Of a stretch of DNA of 64,000 bases, positions 10,701-19,994 are shown one piece after another. Within the stretch, counting starts at the first letter, position 1; the number at the start of each line of letters is the position of its first letter. Where the stretch lies: NCBI GenBank assembly GCA_000091205.1, contig AP006485.2, one strand, 5' to 3'. The position numbers were made by a program, and so were the translations under genes. The DNA is from Cyanidioschyzon merolae. Taxonomy: Eukaryota. Under the pieces are notes generated by a model. It did no database searches, had not been told where the DNA came from, and saw only the letters and a list, made by a program, of their open reading frames with translations.

Positions 10701-12767
10701 CTATAACTTGCGCAGAGCATCGACCGGCGCAGGCCACAACGCAGCATATGCCACGGCATGCGATGCGGACATCCCGTAGCAGCTCACCAGAATACCGTCG
10801 ACGACAAGGCGCCCTGAGCGAGTCAATGGCGCATAGAGACCATTGTGCGTAACGAAAGTCTCGATTGCCACCAAGGGGTCTGGCAGGTGCGCCGCAACAT
10901 CCACTAGAGTGTCGCCAATGCGTATATCTTCCGCGAGATCTACCTCAATGGCAGAGGTACCCAGCTCAAGCCTCTGACGTATTTGCCTCTGCTGCTGTGG
11001 CTGATGCTTCCCTGAAAGAGAAGAAGCTGTGGTCGTAACACTGTAAAAGTCTCTAGAGTGTCCAAGCATCCGATATACGAGATGCTGCCTCGTCAAACAC
11101 AGCTGCTTTCCGGAGAGCGTCTTGATCACCAGAATCTCCGCAGTAGCGCCGGGCTCGTTATGCAACCATCCTAGTACACTATCATCGACCAGTTGCCCAC
11201 GTCCATTGACCCCGATCGCGGCCATACCTGATCGAAGCTCGCTTATCTGCAGACTGTTGCCCAGACCATCGATCAGTACCGAGGCATCCGCGGGGAAGCA
11301 GACCGCAGAGCCTTCGCCTACAGCGGTCTGCGTCACATTTGTCGTTGCCGCCGGTGCTGCAGTAACGGAGCGTGTCGGTGATGCCGTCGGAGTCGGTGTT
11401 GCGGTCGGCGTAGGCGTCGGTGTTGCGATGTATAATGTGAAGAGGTCGTTATAGATACCTGAGCTTCCTTGGCCTCCGAACAGGACCGGGTCGTTTTGAT
11501 CGGTATCCCAAAGAACTGCATCAGCTCGCGGAGGTGGAAGCGTTGTATTGCTTGTCTTGTTAAGCTCGCCGTAACTATAGGCTCCATCTGTTGTATTGTC
11601 ACCGTCTACCCACGCCCATTCGAGACTCGTAATATTGAACGTCCACAGGTCGTTGCAGAGACCAGGTGAATAACCACCGAAAAGATACAGGGTGTTTGTC
11701 GAGTCTACGAATCTAGAGGAACCAGCTCTGTACCCGGGACTGTTATACGATGAGAGCACTCTTTTGTCGCCGAAAACTGACTCATTCGAGCCAACGCTAC
11801 CATCTCCAGATATCCAGGCCCATGCTCTAGAGCTGATATTGAAGAGCCACAAATCATTCAGAAAGCTGCGAATTCCGATACTCAGTCCTAGACCACCAAA
11901 GAGCCAAAAGTTGCCAGCAAGGTCTTGCCATGATGCGGCTCCGGAACGTCCAGCGGGATAGTTGCTCGGTGATGTCTGCCGAAACGCACCATAACTTCCA
12001 GAGGCAATCTGCTATTCAGTCCCTTCAATCCATCCCCATTCGTTGGTCACTATGCTGCACTACCACTAGTCACCGTAATATGCACCATTAGGACTAGATC
12101 CACCAAAGAGATAAAACTGGCCAGCCAAACCAACCCAGGTGGCGGGTAAGAAACGAGTGCCGGGCGTATTGTTCGAAGACGACTTCCCAAGAGTGCCATA
12201 TGTAGGGGAAATAATGGTCTTGTCGAAGCCCTGCACCCATGTCCACTCGCTCGACGATACATTATACATCCACATATCACAATACCCCGAGTTCAAATTC
12301 CGGCCTCCATATAACCAAAGGTTTCCGTAGCTGTCGCTCCATGCAGCGAGTTGCCTCCTCGAGGGCGGAGCGTTGCTCTCTTTGGGAACTCCGAGGAAAC
12401 CTTATACCCCTGCAAGGTTGGGGGATACAGAGCCTCCAACCCAGGTCCAAGTCTACGCGCTCAGATTGTAGTACCAGAGATTATCAACGACGCCACTCGG
12501 GACGCGACCACCAACCAACCAGAGCACTACGTCAACGCCGGTCCAGGAAGCCGCACCGTGCTGCGCCGGAGGCACGTTGCTGCTGTTTGGTACACCCTGA
12601 ACATCGTAGCTAACCGCGCTACCGGTAGAGTTACTAATGCCGATCCAGGTCCATAAAAAAGTATTCACGGCCGAAAAATCCCCTTGAACTGTGTGCATAT
12701 AAGACACAACCAAGATTACAACTAGGTGTCTCACTGCAGAAAAATCTCGTATTCGGATTTGAAACAT
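10701..12767 (-). pseudogene. Second Kelch-(TP)n-Hint 'Hog' paralog, interrupted by in-frame stops and frame breaks
   Basis: The signal-peptide start is 'MFQIRIRDFSAVRHLVVILVV' (12767) and kelch blades 'FYLFGGSSPNGAYYGD' and 'FWLFGGLGLS' follow. Two adjacent in-frame TAGs ('ggtgacTAGtggTAGtgc', about 12077-12085) and one more interrupt the frame, and 12296-12453 is frame-discontinuous. The intact 3' part 10701-11852 carries the TP linker and Hint domain 'CFPADASVLIDGLG...GLYAPLTRSGRLVVDGILVSCYG'. Confidence 0.6.
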
Positions 12768-13334
12768 GGAAGGCGTTCTGCATGAGAAAAGAAAGCGCTA
12801 TTCAGAGAAAAGAGTTGCTTAGGATCTGTTGGAACAGAGGAGCCCCAACTGCTGTAACTGCTGCCTCTATCCCTACCACTACTGTTCTCCAGAGAGAGTT
12901 CTGAGGTAAGCAGCACGAGAGCGCGTCAAGCACCGCCATCTATATGACGAAGAAGTGCTCACGACTGCCCCGCATACCCGTTCCATGCATCCAGGAGGAA
13001 TGATGCAGATAGCTGCTCTACAGCACACCAATCAAACAATATGTCTTACCGCACACAGCGCAAAGCTGGAGTACGCAAGCGGCACGCATGTGCGCGAACT
13101 GCCCAATACAATCTGTCCTTTAAATCTCAATCCAAAGAATGATACTGTCTATCTTTCCAACCGATCCCGACCATACACATATACCACTGTAACCATCGAA
13201 ATTTGTAGAGCCCCCTACGAGACGCATGCACTGTTGCATACAGCAGAAGGACTTTGCTGCTCACTGATAGCCATCGATCCGCTCCACGCTCAATACGCGA
13301 GTCGATCGACTGTTCATAGAAATAAAAAAGCTCA

Positions 13335-15206
13335 TTACACTGTGGAGAAGGCGCTCGCAGACGTCGACACAGAAGCTGAAACTGAAGCACTCGCGGATAC
13401 ACTCACAGAAGCTGTCGCAGAGGCCGTCGCAGAGACTGTTGCAGACACCGTCGCAGAGGGTGTCGCTGTCACAGCCACGGGACTCGGAGTCGGTGTTGGA
13501 CTAATGACCACACATTGGTTGTTGATGCACTCCTCGTCAGCGCGGCAGCAACGAACCTTGTTCACAAGGTTATCCGAAGGGATCAGGTACGTCCCGCACT
13601 GCTTCGTAGGGTCCTTGCACACACAGAACGACGGCAGCAGCACCTGTTGTTGCTGCTGTTGTTGCAATTGCTGCTGCTGCTGCTGGTTGTTGTTGTTGCT
13701 GAACGGGTTGTACGTGCAGTTCTGCGTCTCGGCGTTGCAGCACTCCGGGCCACACGGAATATAGCTCGAGTTCGATACGTTGCCGGTCGTGCCGCTCAGC
13801 GAGTTCGACACATACCCGTAGGTCTGGCACACGTACTCGGTCATCGGCTGGAAGCACTCGTTGCTGAGCCCCAGGCAGCAACCAGCCTCCAGACACTGCT
13901 GCGGCGAGTAGCTCGTGCGCTGCGTCCCGTGCTGCTCCCCGTACAGAAGCGTGTTCAGCAGACGCACAAACTGGTTATTGTTGATGTTATTGTTCAGCTG
14001 CTGGTTCTGATTCACCGCGTTCGTGCACGGCTGGCGCTCAAACTCGCCCACCGCGCACGTCTTCACGGGCTGGAAGCAGTACGGGTTCGACTCAAAGTCG
14101 CTCTGCTGCTTGCCGTTCTGCACCCACTGGTTCTGCGCCTGCGAGTCGTAGCAGCAGCCCTGGGCATAGCACGTAAACTGGTTGATGCCCGCGTTGCCGC
14201 ACGGCTGGCGCTGCGCTCCCGGTGACGGGCAGAGGGGAACCGGTGCCTGCACCTCCTGCAGCGCTACAGAGGCCTGCGGTGCATGGTTGATGTCGTAGTA
14301 GCACCAGGGTGCCAGGATGCCGTTCGCTGTGGGCTGCCAGCAGCATCCCGGTATCGCAGTGCACTCGTCGGGGTAGATATAGCTCCAGCCGCAGGGGACG
14401 CGCTGTGTCACTGGAACAGCGCTGCAGGCCGCTGAGACGCTCTTCAGGGTGCACGCGTTCGTCTGGGCGTTGAAGCAGCATCCGACTTGCTCGCAAGCGT
14501 CCTGGTTTGTGTACTGGCCCGGAGAACCGCAGATTTCACTCGTGCAAACTGGTGTTGGCGTTGCACTCGGTGTCGGGGTTATAATAGCAAGTGTCGCACC
14601 AGAGGGTAGAATTGTAGAAAGCAGGTCGGTGAAAGTTTGAAGCACAATTTGCAGTTCACTGGCGAGGGATGTGTCTCCTGAGATCTTAATCACATAGGTC
14701 ACAACACTGCCGCCCGAAGTGCGCACCAATGCTCGTTCCAGACGAGGATTGCTCTTGTCTAATGTGGTGGCGAGGCGCCTTGATGTACCCGAACCGAAGA
14801 CCGTGTCGCAGTTATCAGTCACGCTAACATTCACTTCCAGGCCTATGAAGCGAGCCTCGAGATCGTTCTGCAAATCCGTCGCCACGGCCAAACAAAGAGA
14901 AAGATTCTGAACGGATATCGCAATCGAGGTGGAAATCGTCGTCGGCACGATTGTTGGTGACGTTGTTGTAGTCGGTGTCATCGTAGGCGTCGGCGTCGGT
15001 GTCATCGTCGGCGTCGGTGTCATCGTCGCTGACACCGATGGAGCCACCGAACTTGTTGGTGACAATGTTGCAGTCGCTGTCATTGTCGATTGTGCTTCGG
15101 CCCCTAGCGTGGCACACCCAACAGCAAGCGACAGAGCTGCGACCAAGACGAACAACTGTTTACACAGTTCGCCGAAGTTGCGATATTTTCCTGCTCCTGG
15201 TCTCAT
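13335..15206 (-). CDS. Secreted multi-trefoil (P-domain) glycoprotein with TP/ST-rich, poly-Q and poly-N regions
   Basis: There is a signal peptide 'MRPGAGKYRNFGELCKQLFVLVAALSLAVGC' (ATG at 15206). Trefoil signatures include 'RVPCGWSYIYPDECTAIPGCCWQPTANGILAPWCYY' and 'RQPCGNAGINQFTCYAQGCCYDS...NPYCFQ', with two more degenerate units and (TP)n/(ST)n linkers. Confidence 0.7.
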   Translation of the reverse strand: MRPGAGKYRNFGELCKQLFVLVAALSLAVGCATLGAEAQSTMTATATLSPTSSVAPSVSATMTPTPTMTPTPTPTMTPTTTTSPTIVPTTISTSIAISVQNLSLCLAVATDLQNDLEARFIGLEVNVSVTDNCDTVFGSGTSRRLATTLDKSNPRLERALVRTSGGSVVTYVIKISGDTSLASELQIVLQTFTDLLSTILPSGATLAIITPTPSATPTPVCTSEICGSPGQYTNQDACEQVGCCFNAQTNACTLKSVSAACSAVPVTQRVPCGWSYIYPDECTAIPGCCWQPTANGILAPWCYYDINHAPQASVALQEVQAPVPLCPSPGAQRQPCGNAGINQFTCYAQGCCYDSQAQNQWVQNGKQQSDFESNPYCFQPVKTCAVGEFERQPCTNAVNQNQQLNNNINNNQFVRLLNTLLYGEQHGTQRTSYSPQQCLEAGCCLGLSNECFQPMTEYVCQTYGYVSNSLSGTTGNVSNSSYIPCGPECCNAETQNCTYNPFSNNNNQQQQQQLQQQQQQQVLLPSFCVCKDPTKQCGTYLIPSDNLVNKVRCCRADEECINNQCVVISPTPTPSPVAVTATPSATVSATVSATASATASVSVSASASVSASVSTSASAFSTV

Positions 15207-15877
15207 GCTTCTAGAGCTAAGAACTTCTTGTCGACACTAGGTTTTTGTGAATACTTATTTCTTACAGCTGCACCGGTTGCTGAGATGTTTTGTCGCACCG
15301 CGAGTTTCGCTATCTCTCTGGCTACGAAACAGCCCAGTCGGCTACCGAGCGCTGTGTGAAGAACACCAACGCAGCGGCGATAGCGCCTGTGAAAAAATTT
15401 AAAACGCGCAACATGCCTCGAAGCCGCGGCAATCGATGATCACGGCGAAGGAGAAACGGTTCGAGACGATCCCTGCAGGCGCGGTTTCGATTTCGCGTTT
15501 CGCGCCAAAAGCGATTGCGCAGACGTGTCCCCGAGCGAGCTCTGGTTTGCTTCATTATCGGCGTGGGGCACGTGTCCTTCATCGATCGGCGTAGTGTCCC
15601 GCGAGGCGCACGCATCGCGGTCAGTGAGCGCACCTCGGAGATCGAGCAGTCAACTGACGCGACGCGCATGGCTCCGTTGAAGGGAAACGCGGTTGGGATC
15701 AATAGCATGTTGTTCTACCGGAAAAAGTTGGATTTCCGTTCAGGTCGTAGCCAAGTACAGTCTTTCAGTTCGTTTCTGTTTGAAACTTCAAACAAGTCTA
15801 GTCAAGTGTTTTTCGTGGTTTATAGTAGACGCGTTCGTACCGCGTTCGTTCGCAAAAAAAACAAAAAAAGGAAAGCT

Positions 15878-16545
15878 ATGGAAAAGCAAGTCCACGATCC
15901 TGGAGGCCCAGGGTCGCCGGCTGCCAGAAAAAATACAAAAAACAGTGCCGAGTCCAGAAGAAAAGGAAGAGAAAAAGAGGCAAAAGGGGGAGGCCCTACG
16001 TTGAAGGCGGCAAGAAAGACGACTGTACGACGAGAAGGTGGTGAAACCCTTTCTTCTTGGACATATCCGTATGGGAAAAGTTGCGAGACGCTATCAAAAA
16101 ACGTGTCGACTCGTACTCCATGAGTATTGTCAAGACGTCGTCAGCACTGATGCATTTGGTGAGGGAGATGTATCGCGACGTGACGCACATGGAAACGGTC
16201 GAGACTCCGGACGGGTTTTTCGATAAGACATTTATTCGTCACCTGATGCTTGGCACAGGGGAAGCGCGGAGGGAAATTGAGCTAATGCATGCCCTCCACG
16301 AAAACTTCGCAGAATTCCGCTTCGAGGGTACCCCATTCAGGGGTGACCCGGATATTTACACATATGGGGCGATGAAGTACCTCACGAACCTGAAGAACCA
16401 TTTGACAATGAACCTCGAACTTTTCATGATACGCGCCGTGTTTGCACTCTACCCAGGCATCTCTCGGAAAGGAATATGGGCGATGATCAACGGCGTCACG
16501 AACGATCGAAAGTATGAAGATGAGATCGAATTTGTCGACAAGTAG
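15878..16545 (+). CDS. ORF-A companion protein of family 1 element (copy B); leader and body are in different frames and the C-terminus is truncated by a TAG
   Basis: Leader ATG at 15878 gives 'MEKQVHDPGGPGSPAARKNTKNSAESRRKGREKEAKGGG...' in frame 2 up to 16123. The main conserved frame 16057-16545 reads 'EKLRDAIKKRVDSYSMSIVKTSSALMHLVREMYRDVTHMETVE...YTYGAMKYLTNLKNHLTMNLELFMIRAVFALYPGISRKGIWAMINGVTNDRKYEDEIEFVDK*'. Copy A has AAG where copy B has the TAG stop. Confidence 0.55.
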
Positions 16546-16783
16546 GTGCCAAACGAGAGCACGAATGAAGCCTCTGTAATCCGTGCGGTTATACGAGAGC
16601 ACCGTGCAGTCTTGGGGCTGGCGAATCCAACAGACAATATCAGAGTTGAAAAAAGATAAGGAAAGATACTATCGCCTCGTCCTGCGGTATTTTGTGTTTC
16701 TGGACCGAGAGCTCGAACGCGAAGCGGAGATGAAGCTGAGTGAAGAGACAAATGATGAGTAGGAGATACGGACGGCTTTCCTA

Positions 16784-18025
16784 ATGGGTAAGCGCTTTAA
16801 CGTGGTTCCAATGTCCAATATCAAGTCACATTTTGTGACCATCGACTCCGCGGTCTTTTACGGCATCATGAAAGAGATCAGTCTGGAGTTCAGTGTCAGC
16901 AGGGAGGACTTCACCGGCGAAAACCGGGAGACGTACTGGAAGAGTATCTTCGATTTCAAACGCCTCAGAGTAAGCAAACAAAGGGTATTTACTGGGTTGA
17001 TCGAAACCGATGGAGTATCCTTGTGTATAGACTATCGGCGGTTGAAGAAAGATCGTCCAGTTCCGCCCTCGGCTGCGCCCGTGCCGAAGCATGAAGATGA
17101 GAAGGAGGCGGATCTTGAGACGCAGAAAGTGCAGGATAACGACTTTGTCGTTGGCGCGGACCCTGGAAATACGAATATCATCACCATCGCAGCACCGAAG
17201 CGTGCTGAAGATGGCACTGACGGTAACTTACGTCAGAAAGACATGCGTCTTTTAAGATTCTCGAGAGCGAGATACTACCGGGAATCAGGAACCATGAATG
17301 CAAGGAAGAGAATCGAAACAGGGAATGCCGGAAGAAAGGATCTCCTGGAAGCCTTGAGCGAGGTGACTAACCGAGGAGCGGACTTTGAAGCTTTTCGGAA
17401 ACTCATGAAAGTTCGCGTTGCTCATTGGGATGCGCTGTGGGAGAAGTATACCAAGCCTCGGTGGGCTCGTCTGCGTATGAATCTATACGGTGGGAAGCAG
17501 CGTGCGTTCGTCAACTTTTTCAATCAGTTGAGCGCCCTCAAGGAGAATGAAAATCAGAGGCTCGTAGTAGCAAATGGGGCAGGGCAATGGAAGACCCAAA
17601 AAGGATGTACACCAGCTCCAACGACGCGAACGTACAAAGAGTGCGCAAGGCGTTTCGTTACGATACCTGTAGATGAGTTCCGAACATCTTATACACACCA
17701 CGAGCTGGGGTGCACACTTCAGAGAGTGGAGATGGAAAAGTGCCAGAGGAGCCCTGAGGAAACAGCAAAGTACGGACCGCTGACGGACGAGCAAATGGAA
17801 AGGAGGGCGCAAGTGCGGGGATTGCTTGCATTAGTACGTACAATCAATGGCAAGAAACATATGGAGCTTGTGAACAGAGACTTTACCGCCGCCATCAATA
17901 TAAGGAAATGTGCGGTGCTGGAGGAAAGACCTCCAGAGTCGACACGAGAGAACTTTGTTGGACAACCTCTCAAAGTCGAACTATATGAAACAAAGTTGGA
18001 AGCAGTAGTACATGGCCCGCCGTGA
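16784..18025 (+). CDS. TnpB/Fanzor-family RNA-guided-type RuvC nuclease (413 aa, intact ORF)
   Basis: ATG at 16784. Motifs are RuvC-I '[21 protein letters not shown]', RuvC-II '[31 protein letters not shown]' (the E, then H/H/C/C residues in place of a C4 Zn finger) and RuvC-III '[20 protein letters not shown]'. The size and motif order match TnpB/Fanzor2-like proteins. Confidence 0.8.
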   Translation: MGKRFNVVPMSNIKSHFVTIDSAVFYGIMKEISLEFSVSREDFTGENRETYWKSIFDFKRLRVSKQRVFTGLIETDGVSLCIDYRRLKKDRPVPPSAAPVPKHEDEKEADLETQKVQDNDFVVGADPGNTNIITIAAPKRAEDGTDGNLRQKDMRLLRFSRARYYRESGTMNARKRIETGNAGRKDLLEALSEVTNRGADFEAFRKLMKVRVAHWDALWEKYTKPRWARLRMNLYGGKQRAFVNFFNQLSALKENENQRLVVANGAGQWKTQKGCTPAPTTRTYKECARRFVTIPVDEFRTSYTHHELGCTLQRVEMEKCQRSPEETAKYGPLTDEQMERRAQVRGLLALVRTINGKKHMELVNRDFTAAINIRKCAVLEERPPESTRENFVGQPLKVELYETKLEAVVHGPP

Positions 18026-18125
18026 AATGCTAGGAGACGTACGCACATCGTCGAAAACGCTTCGTCCAGGGCGCGTCACTCGCTACTTCTGTACAACGCT
18101 GGCGTCGCTCGACTCTAGGTTTGCA
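18026..18125 (+). ncRNA. Family 1 3' tail (copy B), candidate omega-RNA region
   Basis: 'gctaggagacgtacgca...gggcgcgtcactcgctacttctgtacaacgctggcgtcgctcgactctag' aligns with the tails of copies A and C. Confidence 0.3.
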
Positions 18126-18424
18126 GTGCGCAACTGTGGTAAACGTTCTTGCGGGTTGCCTCTAGCTAGTGAAGACTTGAAATGTCAGGCCCAAGTCTTT
18201 ACAAGCTTGTAGCAAGACGCTTCTTGAGCAAGAGCACTGCGGGTTCTTCCACTGGGGCTGCAGACAGGCCGTTCTACGGCGGCCTGCGCGGGTTCCTGGA
18301 GCGGCTGAGGCGGGGCCGCATCTTCCGGGCCGACCTCGAACCGGAAAACTGGAGAGAGCCTTGGCGAGAGTCGCGTTTTCGTTATCCTTCTCCGGGGTAA
18401 GTTAGAATATGGTGCACTGAAGTG

Positions 18425-18847
18425 ATGACCACCTACGCTGAGAACTTGGTCTCAACTTGGACAAGTGTCGCCCCTATCGTAGTTGAGGCTGCTAACCTTG
18501 CAGCCGTGCCGAGAAACAGTCGTGCTGATCAGTGCGCTATCGCGCAAGTCGTGGCAAAGGACACAGAACTAACCACTGAGGCTGGTGCACCGAACCGCTA
18601 CAATACTAGATCCCAAAAACCGGCGCTGATCCCCCAGGGGCCTCCACAACGTATCTTCGATATAACCTATCACACCCGCGATGACCGTCGCCGCGTCTTT
18701 CGTGAGACATACCTCCTGAGAGTAGCGCCCTCGGAGCCGATAGCGAATCCGACAACAGGGGAGGACGCGTCTCCGCTTCCGCCGCTACCCGGCCGCAACT
18801 TGCAGTGGCAGCCGCTCGGGACGCTCAAAGACTACACGCGTGAATGA
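18425..18847 (+). CDS. Possible NADH dehydrogenase 1 alpha subcomplex subunit 7 (NDUFA7 / B14.5a)-like protein
   Basis: 'PQGPPQRIFDITYHTRDDRRRVFRE' resembles the NDUFA7 core 'P.GPSHKLSNNYYCTRDGRRE', and the C-terminal 'PPLPGR' resembles 'PPIKRW'. The match is short and weak. Confidence 0.35.
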   Translation: MTTYAENLVSTWTSVAPIVVEAANLAAVPRNSRADQCAIAQVVAKDTELTTEAGAPNRYNTRSQKPALIPQGPPQRIFDITYHTRDDRRRVFRETYLLRVAPSEPIANPTTGEDASPLPPLPGRNLQWQPLGTLKDYTRE

Positions 18848-19994
18848 GACGTTCCCGAAAGATGGCCCTGTCACGCCGAGTGCAGCGCATAGACAAGCGG
18901 CAATGACCATAGTGGCTCTTCCGGGCATACAGTGCTCTCAGACACGCAAGATGACGATGAAGGAGTAACAAATGCACATGACGAGCATACACCAAGGCAA
19001 GCGGGAATCGCGAGCAATCTTGGTCATTCTGGGTCGATTCTCTGCCGATCACACCCGGGCGCATAAAGCGTGCCTTATATGAGAGCCTCTTCTCGAGTTT
19101 ACGGATAGATCCAGACTCGTGTGCAGCAGCTAACGACATTGGCAGCGTACAAAAATCTCTGATCAGATGAACGGAGCGTCCGTATCGACTAGAGTCGACA
19201 TTTTCAAGAGCGGGGGCGCCGCTGCTCGTCGATTTCGACTGGCATCTGCATCTGTATTTTCCGCCGCTGGCGGCAAGACACTCAAAAAGAGTGTGAGCCG
19301 TTGATGGATTTCGGCTTCCGATGGGATCCGTGGATCGTCCTCAATCGATTTCTTGTGTGCATAAAAATGCGTCGTGGCGAATGATCGCAGTCATGCTCAG
19401 TATTGCTCATGTCGAAACTGTCAATAATTCCGTATAGTACGCTATTGTCGGCGGGTAGCCAATCGAGACACATGGTAGAGATGGAAGCTCTCTGGAAGCG
19501 CCTTCCCTAAGCAGCACAGTGGTCGCACAGCGTACTTGATCCTTGACGGGGTGACTAGTCTGTGACGCCTTCTTAGAAAGCTGCGTCGACAGCAGTGAAC
19601 ACGTCTGGACAAGTAAATCTGCAGAACAGGAGCATGAGCTTTCACCCGCAGGGGTCGCCCGCATGGATACACTCAGCACTGTGAGGGTAATGTGTTGTCT
19701 GCAAGCACCGAAATGCAATACTAGAAGCTATGCTTCCAGATCAATGGAATACTCTGGGGAGAGAGCGACGAAGCTAGTTCCAGCCCAACACGTTTCCATC
19801 GAATGAGGCATGCCCTTCTGGGAACATCTGGCGCCATGCGGGCAATACACCTCGCCTCTGCAAGACTCACGACCAACATTGCGATCACCTCGCCAGCATA
19901 CGATACGATCGTGGAAGAAGTGCTGCGCTCCGAACGACGCTCCAAGGTCCCTCAAATGCAATTGTTGCGTAATCAGGGCATCTAACACCGTCGT

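Larger units (their letters stand above)
15565..18125 (+). mobile_element. Fanzor/TnpB-type element family 1, copy B (most intact)
   Basis: Contains the conserved upstream block, ORF-A, an intact 413-aa nuclease ORF and a diverged 3' tail. It is in the same orientation as copies A and C. Confidence 0.8.

Noticed and set aside
13515-14225. 236-aa plus-strand ORF rich in L/R/A/V antisense to the trefoil gene, and similar antisense ORFs within ABCD, SEC1, PK and other genes
   Set aside because: These are typical spurious open frames on the opposite strand of GC-rich coding sequence. They have low-complexity composition and no homology, and the sense-strand gene is well supported.
18182-18400. 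Upstream ORF as exon 1 of NDUFA7 joined by a 26-nt intron
   Set aside because: The frames do not join: exon 1 ends in phase 2, and the acceptor would place exon 2 in the wrong frame. I kept it only as a low-interest note.
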